From: Octopus sinensis
Taxonomy: Eukaryota
DNA length: 64,000 nucleotides
NCBI RefSeq assembly: GCF_006345805.1
Contig: NC_043013.1
Location: 47,120,001 to 47,184,000, forward strand
Direction of reading: 5' to 3'
Part shown: one piece after another, positions 14,718-26,996 of the stretch
How positions within the stretch are numbered: the stretch's first letter is position 1
Layout of the letters: every line of letters begins with the position of its first letter
Translations under genes and position numbers: made by a program
Notes under the pieces: generated by a model
Database searches by the model: none
Told to the model about the DNA's origin: nothing
What the model saw: the letters and a program-made list of their open reading frames with translations, nothing else

Positions 14718-14882
14718 TACGACGGGCTTTTTTCAGTTTCCGCCTACCAAATCCACTCACAAGGCTTTGGTCGGCTCGATGCTATAGTAGAAAACACTTA
14801 CCGAAGGTGCCCCGCAGTGGGACTCAACCCGAACCATGTGGTTGGTAAGCAAGCTACTTACCACACAGCCACTCCTACGCCT
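14718..14882 (-). mobile_element. SINE family A 5' half
   Basis: Head and body up to the internal (TA)n. Confidence 0.88.
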
Positions 14883-15090
14883 CTAACAAAATCTGTGAAG
14901 TCTCTGTGTAAATCTTGCATAAAAGAGATATTTAAAAAGAAAATTAGTTAAGCGTTAATTTAAAGTAAAAAATGTAGAACATCCACATAAATTTGGTAAA
15001 GGATTAAATATCTGCATTTTAAGATTTCTCCAACGTTTGCAACATAGTTAATTGTAGACATTTTCGAAAAAATAGGTAAAATCCTAAAAG

Positions 15091-15298
15091 TTTTCAAATT
15101 TTGGCACAAGGCTAGCAATTTCAGGAGAGAGGGGCTAAGTTGATTACATCAACCCCAGTGCTCACCTGGGACTTATTTTAACGAGTCTGAATGTCTTAAC
15201 AGCAATTTCGACCTCGACGAAATTTGAACTCAGAACGTATGGACGAAATGCTGCTAAGCATTTTGTCCTGCATGCTGACGATTCTGCTATCTCTCTCC
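15091..15298 (-). mobile_element. SINE family B monomer, tail 3, diverged
   Basis: Body similarity; tail AAATTGCTAGCCTTGTGCCAAAATTTGAAA. Confidence 0.75.
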
Positions 15299-16352
15299 GT
15301 TTTGTAAACTCCAAATATATTGAAGCATGTCAGTAACACCTATAGTAAAAACAAATAGGGTATTTAATTACTCTTATATTTTTTTCTGTTTTCACTATTT
15401 GGAGTACGACTTTGGAGGGACACTGGCTCCAGGTATCAAGTTGATAACATCACCCAAGTACATATTTCACTGTAGCATTTATTGTATCAAAATTTATTTA
15501 TTAAATATCTATTTCTAAGCTTTACAGACAACCGTGTTTTCCTTTTAAATAATCATGGACACATATATACATGCATAATAACACATATATGTAATCATGT
15601 ATGTATATCTATATGTATGTATATATATACAAACATATGCACGTACACACATATCTATGCATACATGCATGCGTGCATACACACACACATGCACATACAA
15701 ACACCCGCCCCCCACACACACACTCAATCACACATGTATATATTTTAAAACTTGTTACTGTCATTGGATTGTGGCTAAGCTGAAATACGACCTTTAACTT
15801 TTATTCAAAATGACTCCAGTTAGCATTTTAAGTCTGATACTGATGAGAGAGAAACGGGGGAAAAATCATGCACACTTGTAAAAATGACATCAGGTAGCCG
15901 AATCCTGGGGAAGGCTTTAAACGGACTTTAAAAGGTACACTACATCGTGTATACTTGAATGTAAAATTATTACAATATATATATATATATACACATACAT
16001 AATTTCACACATATGCGTACAAACACATACATATATATATATTTATCTGTCTATTTCGTACTTGTGTTCGGCAAATAAGTTGCTTTATATATTACGATAA
16101 AATAAATTTGAAAAGTGGGGGAAAAAGTAAGAAAAGGTAATACTGAAGAAGAGGCAGGGAAATAGACAAAAAGAGAAAGAGTTCATCATTGGTTTCAATA
16201 ATAATATATACCTTGTCAGAAAATGTAATAGACGAAAAGTATATTGAAGAAATGTGTATATATACACACACATGTGCAACACAATTATATGTATGCATGC
16301 ATATTTATATGTGTGTTTGTGTGTGTGTAAGTGTATTTGCATAATATATATA

Positions 16353-16976
16353 TCTATATATATAAAACTGAGAATGTCTGTCTGTCTGTTTCCCTAAAAC
16401 TTGAGAACTACACAACCAATTTCATTCAAATTTTACACATGCCTTACTTAGGGCCCATGTAGTTTCATGGGCAAAAATAATGTTCAACTTCTTGCCTAGG
16501 GCGAGCCCATAGCAATATCATATCTTCTGCACTATTCCAGTATCTCTCTCTATATAAACGGCAGTTTGTCTGTGCGTGTTTCTGTGTGTCTGTTTTCTCG
16601 TACCCTCACTCTGACCACGGCTTTCAACCGATTCTGATGAAACTTGACACACACATAGCCCAATGTCATAATTCAAAACTAACGCAGCGAAAATTTTGAA
16701 AAGTTCCCCCAGTTCTGAAAAAAATCGATAAATTCGACATGGGGTCGAGAATCAAAAAAAATAAACCACAGACTGTCTAGGGGACGCAACTCAAACTTTT
16801 TTTACTCTCAAAAAAAATTTACCATCATTTTTTTTCCATTTTTTTGCTATTTTTTGGCTATAACTCTCTAAAAATGCTTTATAGTTATTTCCCTTACAAA
16901 CCTGAGCAACGCCGGGCGATACTGCTAGTTACGTGTTAAACGTGAAACAAAAACATTTCTCGGGTCATAATGCTAG
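16353..16976 (+). mobile_element. Non-autonomous Helitron (outer), interrupted by a nested Helitron
   Basis: A|TCTATATATATAAA start, (GTCT)n, 3' CGGGTCATAATGCTAG|T. Confidence 0.65.
16543..16928 (+). mobile_element. Non-autonomous Helitron (nested)
   Basis: A|TC start, subterminal hairpin CCTGAGCAACGCCGGG, CTAG|T end, no TSD. Confidence 0.8.
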
Positions 16977-16998
16977 TATATTTGTGCACACACACATA

Positions 16999-17460
16999 TC
17001 TTTTATCTTTTCCTGGTTTCAGCCCAGGGCTGAGGCCATGCTGATGCATCACCTTAGTTACGCGGTGTTGTTTCCGATCTTGGTTTCGGTGAAGTAGCGA
17101 GTTGAATGGAGCTGGTCTTCTTTGCGTCTCCTGTCGCGATGTGGGTTCATCTGGTATCTCAGACAGAAACCTGTCCAGACGTTCCTCGAAAACTTCCACA
17201 TCAACACCATGTAGTTCTCTAAGGTTGCCTGGAAGGATGTTGAACAATTGCAGGCCCTAGAAACTCAAACTTATTTTAGATGGGAAATATGGGAAATTTG
17301 GTATGATGGAGTGCTGTCCAGTTGGAGGATTGGTATGGCTGTCAATTCCAAAAATGGGAGATAAACGCTCCAAGATCTTGCAAATATATATCACCGCATA
17401 TCTCTCGCGTCTTCTCTCCAAAGAATAGAGACTCAGCTCCTTTAGCCTCTCCCAGTACAC
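16999..17460 (-). mobile_element. CR1-group LINE 3' fragment
   Basis: YWERLKELSLYSLERRRERY ... FNILPGNLRELHGVDVEVFEERLDRFLSEIPDEPT; tail CAGCATGGCCTCAGCCCTGGGCTGAAAC. Confidence 0.88.
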
Positions 17461-17658
17461 ACACTTAAATATAATATATTCATATTTTTCTTATGTATAT
17501 TTGTGTATGTTTATATATGAATGCACACACGCACACATATATCATAGATTGGTTGTCCCTAAGTCAGAAGGAAATAGAAACTAAAAGAGAAACTGAGTGG
17601 ATATACTTTTATTGTCTCTTAAACGGGGATATGTTGTTCAACTGTATATGTACACACA

Positions 17659-17718
<60 letters not shown>

Positions 17719-17743
17719 ATTATATATATATACATATATACAT

Positions 17744-18895
17744 GCAAGGGGTCATCAGGATCTTTGTACTTTCTATTTCCAGCAATGGAAGAAAATAGAC
17801 ACCAAGGCTGTGACCAAGGAAGCCGTGCGGTACCAGGAGGAAGGAAGAGGAAAATCAAGAGCTGTGGTGTTTGTATCACAGGGTGCATGGACTAAATGCG
17901 ATCTAATTAACAGAAAACTCACATGGACTGACCTGTGGAGGCTGGAACTTTTTCGCATCTCTTTCCTGCTGCGGGTGGTGTTCGACACACTGCCGACGCC
18001 AAGAAACCTGCACGGAGGGGGTTTGAGGGAAGACCTGTGTAGACTTTGTGGAGAAAGGGGCACTCTGGCACATATCTTGCAGGATGTAGAATAGCAATTT
18101 CTCAAGGCAGATATATATGGCGCCATGATAGGGTGCTTGCAACACTTGCCCACACCCTGGAGCAAGAAAGGCGAAACAAACATCATCATTACGTGAAGGC
18201 AACAGCAGAAATTAAGTTCATGAAAGAGGGAGTGAGACAAGTAAATTTAGCAGAAACAATACATAGCTTACTGCAAAGATCTCAACTACGGTATATGAGA
18301 ATGAACTTCGGGGAGACATTACAGTTTCCCCAGGTTGTTCATACAACCCTGGGGCCAGATATGGTCCTGTGGTCTGAAAATGCCAAGAAAATTATTGAAA
18401 TTGAACAAACAGTCGTGTGGGTAGCGGGGTATGGTGAGGCCCATGAACAGAAGCGTGCCTAATATGAGAGCCTTCTGCAAATTGCAGGGAGAAGGGATGA
18501 CAGGTATGGCTTTTCCCAGTCGAGGTTGGCTGTAGGGGATTCTCTCCTCAGTGGGCATGGGGGATGGCTAAAGCAATTGGAATGAGATATAAGGGGCCTC
18601 TTGTTGGCTTTAGTGTAAGAGAGAATAGTTGAGCTGGAAGCCAGGAGGAGTTGATGAGCAGTGACTTGGCCACCTCTGCTGACCCACTAACGGGAGGGTG
18701 TTACAGTTAAGGGTCGAAAAACCCAATGAACGTTGGATACCGTCTGACGACATCAGTTCCTCTTGGCCAAGGCTCCATTCAAGTGGTTAAGGTCAAACAA
18801 CTGACAAACAAATTTGTGGTACTGAGCAGAATACTTGCTTGAACGATATTTCTGCTTCAGCAACTCAGCGCTGAAATGGAGAATAGGTCTGTTTC
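17744..18895 (+). mobile_element. Hero-clade (RLE, R2-group) non-LTR retrotransposon, 5'-truncated, frameshifted, with 3' UTR
   Basis: QGAWTK, DTLPTPRNLH, CxxC..H..C knuckle, GRYIWRHDRVL, PDMVLWS, PVEVGCRGF motifs across frames. Confidence 0.88.
18665..18771 (+). ncRNA. Permuted hammerhead-like RNA motif, Hero 3' UTR copy 1 (partly degenerate)
   Basis: GACCC..GGGTGT-T-ACAGT..GGGTC-GAAA-AACCC..ACCGT-CTGACGA, enclosed by CTTGGCCA/TGGCCAAG. Confidence 0.6.
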
Positions 18896-19316
18896 AAGGC
18901 ATTGATGTCCAGGTAGAAAAGTAAAGTTTAAAGGAAACAGTAGTCATACCCTTTGATTGCTAGGTAGAGGCAACAAGGAAATAACACTGATCTAAGACAA
19001 AATCAAAAAAACAAAATAAAAAATTTTAAATTGTTACTCAATGTAATTGTTAATGCCATTGTCGTTGTATTCAGTGTTGTCTTAGGGCCTGGGCACACGA
19101 GGAGCTCCACGGGTCTAGGGAACCAATTCCAATCTATCTATGCTGTGGCTTGATGTCAACAAATAAATATCTCTGATTGATTTGCATCAGGACTTACAGA
19201 TCTGCCAAGACGGCTCTAATTGTTCTAGGCAGTTTTACGAAATATATATCAGTGAAATATAGAGATCTGATAGTGTATTAATAGTGTAGTGTTTACGGAA
19301 TTGTGCAACATGATTT

Positions 19317-19744
19317 GGATCTTTTCAGTTTGAACGGCAGTTTTTTCCAGCGGTGTGATATGAAATTGTCACCCATAATTATGACCCTAGTATCGATCTA
19401 TTGCATTTAAATCTGTCTTAGGGTTAGGGTTAGTTAGGGTTAGGGTTAGGGTTTTGTGGGGTATCTTTTCTTCACAAATGTAAATAAACCCAATCTGTTT
19501 CTTAAACGAGGGACATATTCATACGGCACAGAATGTTTTCACCTAAAATAGACGTCATTGATTGGTTGAAATTGCAGAAATTGAAGAAAAAAAAACAACA
19601 AATATCTTACAAACTACAGAATCTTCTCAATAAAGCCAAGAGAAAAAGATGTTTTATAAACACATTCTACCAGTATAGGAAGTTTAAAATTTTTTAGTTG
19701 CCTAGAGATTATGTTAAAAACTGCCGTTCAAACCGAAAAGATCC
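19317..19744. mobile_element. MITE with about 29-bp TIRs and internal TTAGGG repeats
   Basis: GGATCTTTTCAGTTTGAACGGCAGTTTTT ... AAAAACTGCCGTTCAAACCGAAAAGATCC; TTAGGG array at 19418-19451. Confidence 0.88.
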
Positions 19745-20116
19745 AAAAGTTAGTTGTGTTACACAGTGTCTGAACTGGCCCTTATTCATTCATGCTTCAA
19801 CACGATATTACTTATACGTACAACTGAAGACTGCAAATTAGTCCAACATAACACCATGTCAGTATATTCTTTATCTAATGATTTTATCCTGTTAGCTGGC
19901 ACATTGTTTCAGAACATTACCAGAACGCGTACTAGGTTTCGTCTTCTTGATCTCGTTCTTCTTCTTCTTGTAGTTGCCATTGCAGCATTTTATTTCTTTC
20001 TTTTGGTGACTTTCCTTTAGTTGATGTTTGTACAGCCGTTTCGCTTTAACGTTTTGTTACTGTTATTTCTTTTCATAAATAAATGTTTTGCTGTAAATGG
20101 CGGCTGCTACGTTGCT

Positions 20117-21054
20117 GGCGAGCTGGCAGAATCGTTAGCATGCCGGGCGAAATGCTTTGCAGTATTTCGTCTGCCGTTACGTTGTGAGTTCAAATTCCGC
20201 CGAGGTCGACTTTGCCTTTTATCCTTTCGGTGTCGATAAATTAAGTACCAGTTACGCACTGGAGTCGATGTAATCGACTTAATACCTATGTTTGTCCTTG
20301 TTTGTCCCCTCTGTGTTTAGCCCTTTGTGGGTAATAACGAAATAGGTATTTCGTCCGCCGTTACGTTGTGAGTTCAAATTCCGCCGAGGTCGACTTTACC
20401 TTTTATCCTTTCGGGGTCGATAAATTAAGTACCAGTTACGCACTGGAGTCGATTTAATCGACTTAATACCTATGTCTCTCCTTGTTTGTCCCCTCTGTGT
20501 TTAGTCCCTTGTGGGTAATAAAGAAATAGGTATTTCGTCCGCCGTTACGTTGTGAGTTCAAATTCCGCCGAGGTCGACCTTGCCTTTCATCCTTTCGGGG
20601 TCGGTAAATTAAGTACCAGTTACGCACTGGGGTCGATGTAATCGACTTAATACCTATGTCTGTCCTTGTTTGTCCCCTCTGTGTTTAGCCCCTTGTGGGT
20701 AATAAAGAAATAGGTATTTCGTCTGCCGTTACGTCGTGAGTTCAAATTCCGCCGAGGTCGACTTTACCTTTCATCCTTTCGGGGTCGATAAATTAAGTAC
20801 CAGTTACGCACTGGAGTCGATGTAATCGACTTAATACCTATGTCTGTCATTGTTTGTCCCCTCTGTGTTTAGTCCCTTGTGGGTAATAAAGAAATGGGTA
20901 TTTCGTCCGCCGAGCTCGACTTTGCCTTTTATCCTTTCGGGGTCGATAAATTAAGTACCAGTTACGCACTGGAGTCGATGTAATCGACTTAATACCTATG
21001 TCTGTCCTTGTTTGTCTCATCTATGTTTAGCCCCTTGTGGGTAATAAAGAAATA
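20117..21054 (+). mobile_element. SINE family B tandem array: one head plus five 184-bp units
   Basis: GTATTTCGTC unit starts at 20162, 20346, 20530, 20714, 20898; fifth unit has a 26-bp deletion. Confidence 0.95.
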
Positions 21055-21443
21055 GCTATATCTACAACAGTTATTTTTGTTTGAGGATTTTCTTCATGTC
21101 AATTGTTGTTGTCATGATGGCATTGTTGAAATTGTTCCTGTTGTTCTGTTGTTGTTCTTCATCTCGCTTCTGTTGCTGCTGATTACCCTGTTGTTGCTAT
21201 TGTTGATATTGTCACTCGAACTGTTTTGTTCCTTTTTTTTTCCATTCTCTTTTACCATTGCTACCGTTGTTTGTTGTGTTGTCCATGTTCCTGCTCCCGC
21301 TATTGTCACTTAATCACTGTCCCCCACTTGCTGCTGTTTCTGTCGTCTATGATATTATTATCACTGCTGCTGCTGATGCTGCTGCCGTGTTTTGTTGTTA
21401 TGTGTTTCTTGCCCAGTCCTACTACAGTGAGCTTCCACTGCTG

Positions 21444-21474
<31 letters not shown>

Positions 21475-21858
21475 TATATTATATTGGCATGTTGTATATA
21501 TATATATATGTATATTATATGTATAATATATATGTATATATATATAATTATGTATAATATATATATATGTGTGTATATATATGTATATATGTATATATAT
21601 GTATATACATATGTATATATATATATGTATATATAGATATATTGTATATGTATATATATATATATATATAATGTATATGTATATATGTGTATATAATATG
21701 GATATATATATATATGTATATGTATATGTATATATATGTATATATGTGTGTATATATATGTATATATATATATGTATATGTATATGTATATATATGTTAT
21801 ATGTGTGTATATATATTGTAATAATATATGTGTATGTAAATATATATGTATGTATGTA

Positions 21859-21928
<70 letters not shown>

Positions 21929-21974
21929 AACATGCATATATACGTACATGCACACGCGCACACGCAACACAACA

Positions 21975-22215
21975 CACCATTGATGTCGTTGTCGCTGTTG
22001 TTGTTGTTGCTGTTGTTGTTCTTATTGTTTATGTTGTAGTTTGTCATGCAGCTCGTGTTACCGCTTATGCTGGTCATGCTGCTCCTTGTCTCAACATCCC
22101 CTTCAACCACTGGCATTATATTATTATTATTATTATTATATTATTATTATTATTATTATTATTGCTGTTGTTGTTGTTGTTATATTTATTATTATTATTA
22201 TTATCATTATTGTTG

Positions 22216-22256
<41 letters not shown>

Positions 22257-22527
22257 ATTATTATTATCATTATTATTATTAATTATAATTATCTGTTTTT
22301 ATTATTATTCTTGTTGTCATTGCAACTACTGCTGTTGTTGCTGCTGCTGCAGATCATGATTTAGATGTAGTCACTGCTGCTGCTGCTGCTACTGCAACTA
22401 CTGCTGTTAATGTTATTGCTAATACTGTTACTCTTGTTGTTACCAGCGAATTTAATTACTTGTTGTTGTCGCTTATGTATTTTTACATTGTTTTTTGTTT
22501 GTGTATTTGTTGTTATTGTTGTTGTTA

Positions 22528-22562
<35 letters not shown>

Positions 22563-22595
22563 GTAATTGTTGTCGTTGTTGTAGTTGTATTGTTG
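21975..22595. repeat. Compound (TTG)n/(TTA)n/(CTG)n trinucleotide repeats
   Basis: Direct reading. Confidence 0.85.
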
Positions 22596-23542
22596 TTTTT
22601 CTTGTCATTCTTTATCTTTACTGAATGATTTATTGGTCATTAGGCGTTAGGGGGTGGTGGAGGTGGCGGGCGGAAGTATCCATTAAATAGCCAGGCAAAT
22701 AAAGCAAATAAATTAGTTTAATGTCGTAAGTTTTGGTGATTTCTTCCATAATGGTGTGATATTGCTGAGCATTTAGACAATATCTCCTTTTTCTCTTTCT
22801 CTTTCCCGACACACAGCCAACATATATTTTATCCGACTCATATTCAACAAAAATAATGATAAACATTTTCTCTTGTTTAATTTCAAATGCTATTTTGCTG
22901 CGTTTTCTTCTTAATTATTCATTTAACAGCTGCTCTCTTTATTTCTTCGGTTCCTCGGGCGTTTGATTTATATTTTTCAAAGAAACGCACACAACTTTTC
23001 CTTTCCAACGTCGCTGTTTCCGCAAGATACAGACTAGTTGCTTATTTATTTCACATTGTTCGTTTTCTGTTTTTCCGTGTTCTTTCCTATTCACGATAGA
23101 AATTCTTTTGCAATCGTGTGTATTCGATGATGACTGTGTTTGCTGAGGAAGCTCTCTCATCAATAAACATATGTATAGGGTGCTACACTCTACAACACCC
23201 CCCTCCTCTCCAACTCAGTATTTTATTCATATCTTTCGTTAGGGGAAACTTCTGATAACAACAAAACGAAAATAATCAATATTTTTCAGGATTTGTTCTT
23301 TAATAATCAAGAATAAAGGCGTTAATAAGATTACTACAAAAACCACTTTCAAAAAGGTATATAAAAGTACATGTATGTGTGCTTGGTTATGTGTGCGTGC
23401 GCGTCTGCATGTCTTTATATGCGTGTATGCATATATATGTGTATATACATATATATTTATATATATATATATATATGTGTGTGTGTATTATATGCATATA
23501 TTTATATATGTACATCTATCTCTCGTTGTCTCTCTCTCTCCT

Positions 23543-23576
<34 letters not shown>

Positions 23577-24480
23577 CACACGTATATATATACAAACGCA
23601 CACACACACACACATATATATATATATAAATATATACACATGCATAAATATACATAAATACATATAACTAGATACACATGCACACACGCACACACACGTA
23701 TATATAATATATACATAAATAAATATCTTATATACGTGTGTGTATGTGTATGTGTGTATGTGTGTGTGAGTGTGTGTGTGTATGTAATAATGTTTAGATG
23801 GTCGGATGGATGGATGGATGACTGGATGGATGGGTAGCTGGTTGAATGTACACATATATGAAGAAAATTGTTTGGGAGCACCTAATCCTATCTAACACTA
23901 TAGTTATATCTTTATGTAATCACCACTTTTAAACAAAAGTCATTTCTACCTTGACTTCTTTTTTCTATGAATGCTTTTTATATAATGATTAACATAGCAG
24001 GTGAAGCAGAGTGCAAGGAGCGCTCGATGTCTCGAATGTGTCTTCTCACACGAGAAAATGAATGTTTTTTCGTAATGAAGAAGTGATTTTCTTCAAGTGC
24101 TCACATTATAAAAACAATGTTTTGTTTCAAAATGTCTGTTTTGGTTGCAACGAAATATTTCATCTAACAACCACAGTTTACAATATTTGTGCCGGCATCA
24201 GACGATCTCTTCCCTACCGACGGAATGGAAGCGAAAGCCAAATCACCTCAAAGTGCAACAGCGTTTACGAGAACTAAAGAAAACATTGGACAGTTTAGTC
24301 ATACATACATACATACATACATACATACATACATACATACATACATACATACATTCATACATATATACATACATACACACATACACACATACATACATAC
24401 ATATATATATGTATGTATGTATATATATCTGTCTGTCGACCTCTCTCTCTCTCTCTTCCTCATTGTGTATCTCTATATAC

Positions 24481-24651
24481 GGGTGCAGCTGACGCTGTGC
24501 GGCAAGAAGCTTGCTTCCCAACCATATGGCTCCGAGTTCAGTCCCACTGCATGGCACCTTGGAGAAGTGTGTTCTTCTATAGCCTTGGGCCAACCCAAAC
24601 TGTGTGAGTTGATTTGATTTCGTAGATGGAAACTGAAAGAAGCCTGTTGTA
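24481..24651 (+). mobile_element. SINE family A 5' half, diverged
   Basis: Head plus GTAGATGGAAACTGAAAGAAGCC then (TA)n. Confidence 0.8.
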
Positions 24652-24685
24652 TATATATATATATATATATATTTATATAAATAAT

Positions 24686-24740
<55 letters not shown>

Positions 24741-25439
24741 TATATATATTTATGGATGTATCAATAAAATGCTACCGGAACGGCTGCAGTAAACTTTTTC
24801 CGTTCATCTTATATATATATTTATATTTGAAGAGCTTACTTTCAAAATCAGATATATGCATCGGAATGACTTTAGAGTAACTCAGGATTGTGTTTTAATG
24901 GTTATCATGAAATCGCACTTATCATGAAATATGCACTTTTTGAAAGTAAGCTCCTCATGTGTGTGTATGTCTGTGTGTGTGTGTGTGTGCGTGTGTGTGT
25001 GTGTGTGCGGGTTAGTTCCTGGTAGAGTATAAAGTTAGGGTATTTCCAGAGAAGTACTCAACCTGAATTCCGGGCTATCAATACTGTCGACTTCCAGATT
25101 AATGCCAAGATTCTTTAAGTGTAGAAAATGCTGTTTTCACGACGAAAACACCGTTGTGTGGATTTTGCAAAGAGTAAATTATATTCCTGATAATAAGCCA
25201 AAAACAAAAAAAACAATGTCTGAAAGACGCACATTGTGGAAGCGTACTTTTGATGCAAGTCTGATGAAATGCCTCTCTAATGTCTAAACCGCAAACATTA
25301 CGTAAATTTTCATTTCGAAATTTTAGAGGGGATTGGCGGAGTTGGTACAGAAATATTTGCAATGAATCATTAAAGATGTGCTAACAAATGTCATTATCTT
25401 CTTATTTTGATTATGCACACACACACACACATACACATG

Positions 25440-26195
25440 CAAGGATGGGCAGAAGAAGTCCTAAGCCTACTGTGAAGCAGTGACGCTAGAACTGTGAAAC
25501 CTTGCATGTATCAATTTCAACACTTATTGATTACAGCATTGTTTCACTCCAGGCAAACTGACATCTGAATGTGCAAAGAAGACTCCAAAAGTAATTAATA
25601 GCGAATTGTCTTGAAAATGGACAAAATTTTTCATCGTGATATTATCAAGCACCTGCAGGAAAACTGCTTATACCCAAAGACGTTCATGCTAACATGCTTG
25701 CTACATCAGATTATGACGATTTAATTTTATCAACAATGTAAAAGTGTTCAGCTTCATTTAAGAGAGAAAGGGAGGTTCTTGAAGACCACCCAAGGTCTGG
25801 ACGTCCTGCAACTACCACCTCCGAGGAGAACTGATTGTGTTCCCCACATCATGGAAAATCAGACACTGTTTGAATCAGATCCAGCGTGTTTCTTTGAACG
25901 TTTCCTTAGCCAGGATGCCCGATGCACTCTTCACTTTTAGACAAAAACACAAACCATGCAGTGGGAACACACCTCCCTCACCTACTCCAATGTAGGCGGA
26001 GGTCATTTCATCGGCAGGAAAGGTGATGGTCTCAGGTTTGTGGATGTAAAAGGCTTGTTTTTATGGACCATCCTAAGAAGGGCCACAACATCAATGCAGA
26101 GTACTATGCCAACTTGCTGATAAAGTTACGAAAAGATATCAAGACCAAACACCCATGAAAACTAATGAAAGGGATCTTATTTCATCAGGGCAATA
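25440..26195 (+). pseudogene. Mariner transposase relic
   Basis: MDKIFHRDIIKHL.., LEDHPRSGRP, GKVMVS, INAEYYANLL, GILFHQGN, with stops, frameshifts and deletions. Confidence 0.85.
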
Positions 26196-26780
26196 CTGAT
26201 GAAAGAAACCTCATTTGGTCACAGTACTTGAAAGGATCTTGGTCAGCAAGTTACCTTTTCAACCGACTGGTTTCGTGCCTATCCTTTTTTATGGTCACGA
26301 ATGTTGAGCAATGATCGAAAGAGTACGATGGCAAATACAAAAAAGAAAAAAAAATGAGATTCTCCCTCTCTCTATCATAAGCACAATCAAACACACAGAC
26401 ACAAACCTGTCACTTCACCACTAGATATATTTGGCATTTATCCCCCCTCACAAACAATCACGCACACATATACACACACATAGACACGAATGCAGTTATA
26501 TGCATACACACACATAGGCACTCAATCTCATTGGCAAAAGCAAACAATAACGCAGCACCATACATACGACTTGCACTCTGTCACCCCCTATTCTTAGAAT
26601 CTGCCCCTTCCAACCATTTTTGAACTCTTGAACCTTTTAGAATCTTATCCATCCAACCAATTTTGACGTCACTGCTTATAACGGAATATTTTAAAGAAAC
26701 ACTCATTATCACTATGTACTCCGTGTGGGCAGTCATCTAAAAGTTTTTGTTCGTCATGATGCTGACATAAGTTCCTTGTC

Positions 26781-26861
26781 TTTCCTGGTGAGAAGACGGC
26801 ATAATGCACCCTTTATTCCTTCGGAATTAAGAATATGCAGTCTTCGAAACATATGTCGAGA
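26781..26861 (+). ncRNA. Type I hammerhead motif with A6G core change (Penelope-like relic)
   Basis: TTTC-CTGGTGA-GAAGAC..GTCTTC-GAAAC-ATAT-GTC-GAGA, followed by AATAAA. Confidence 0.6.
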
Positions 26862-26944
26862 ATAAAGGAATTTTGTTAAAACGTCGTTCGACTCCATTCT
26901 TTCATTTATATATATGTATGTATATATATATATATTTGATATGG

Positions 26945-26996
<52 letters not shown>

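Noticed and set aside
15835-15862. CTGATGAGAGAGAAAC candidate (similarly 4207 and 16634)
   Set aside because: No stems II or III can be formed
19418-19451. True telomere or chromosome fusion site
   Set aside because: Only about five units, lying inside a TIR element
20117-21054. CRISPR-like or satellite reading of the regular arrays (also 4039-4128)
   Set aside because: No unique spacers and no cas genes; the 184-bp units are SINE bodies. No hammerhead core was found in the unit either, so it is not a classical retrozyme
21077-21430. Asn/Ser-rich ORF on the minus strand
   Set aside because: Better explained as decayed (TTG)n/(CTG)n repeats; no splice or homology support
25255-25332. CTGATGA...CGAAA hammerhead candidate
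   Set aside because: No stem I pairing, and stem II would consume core G8/A9
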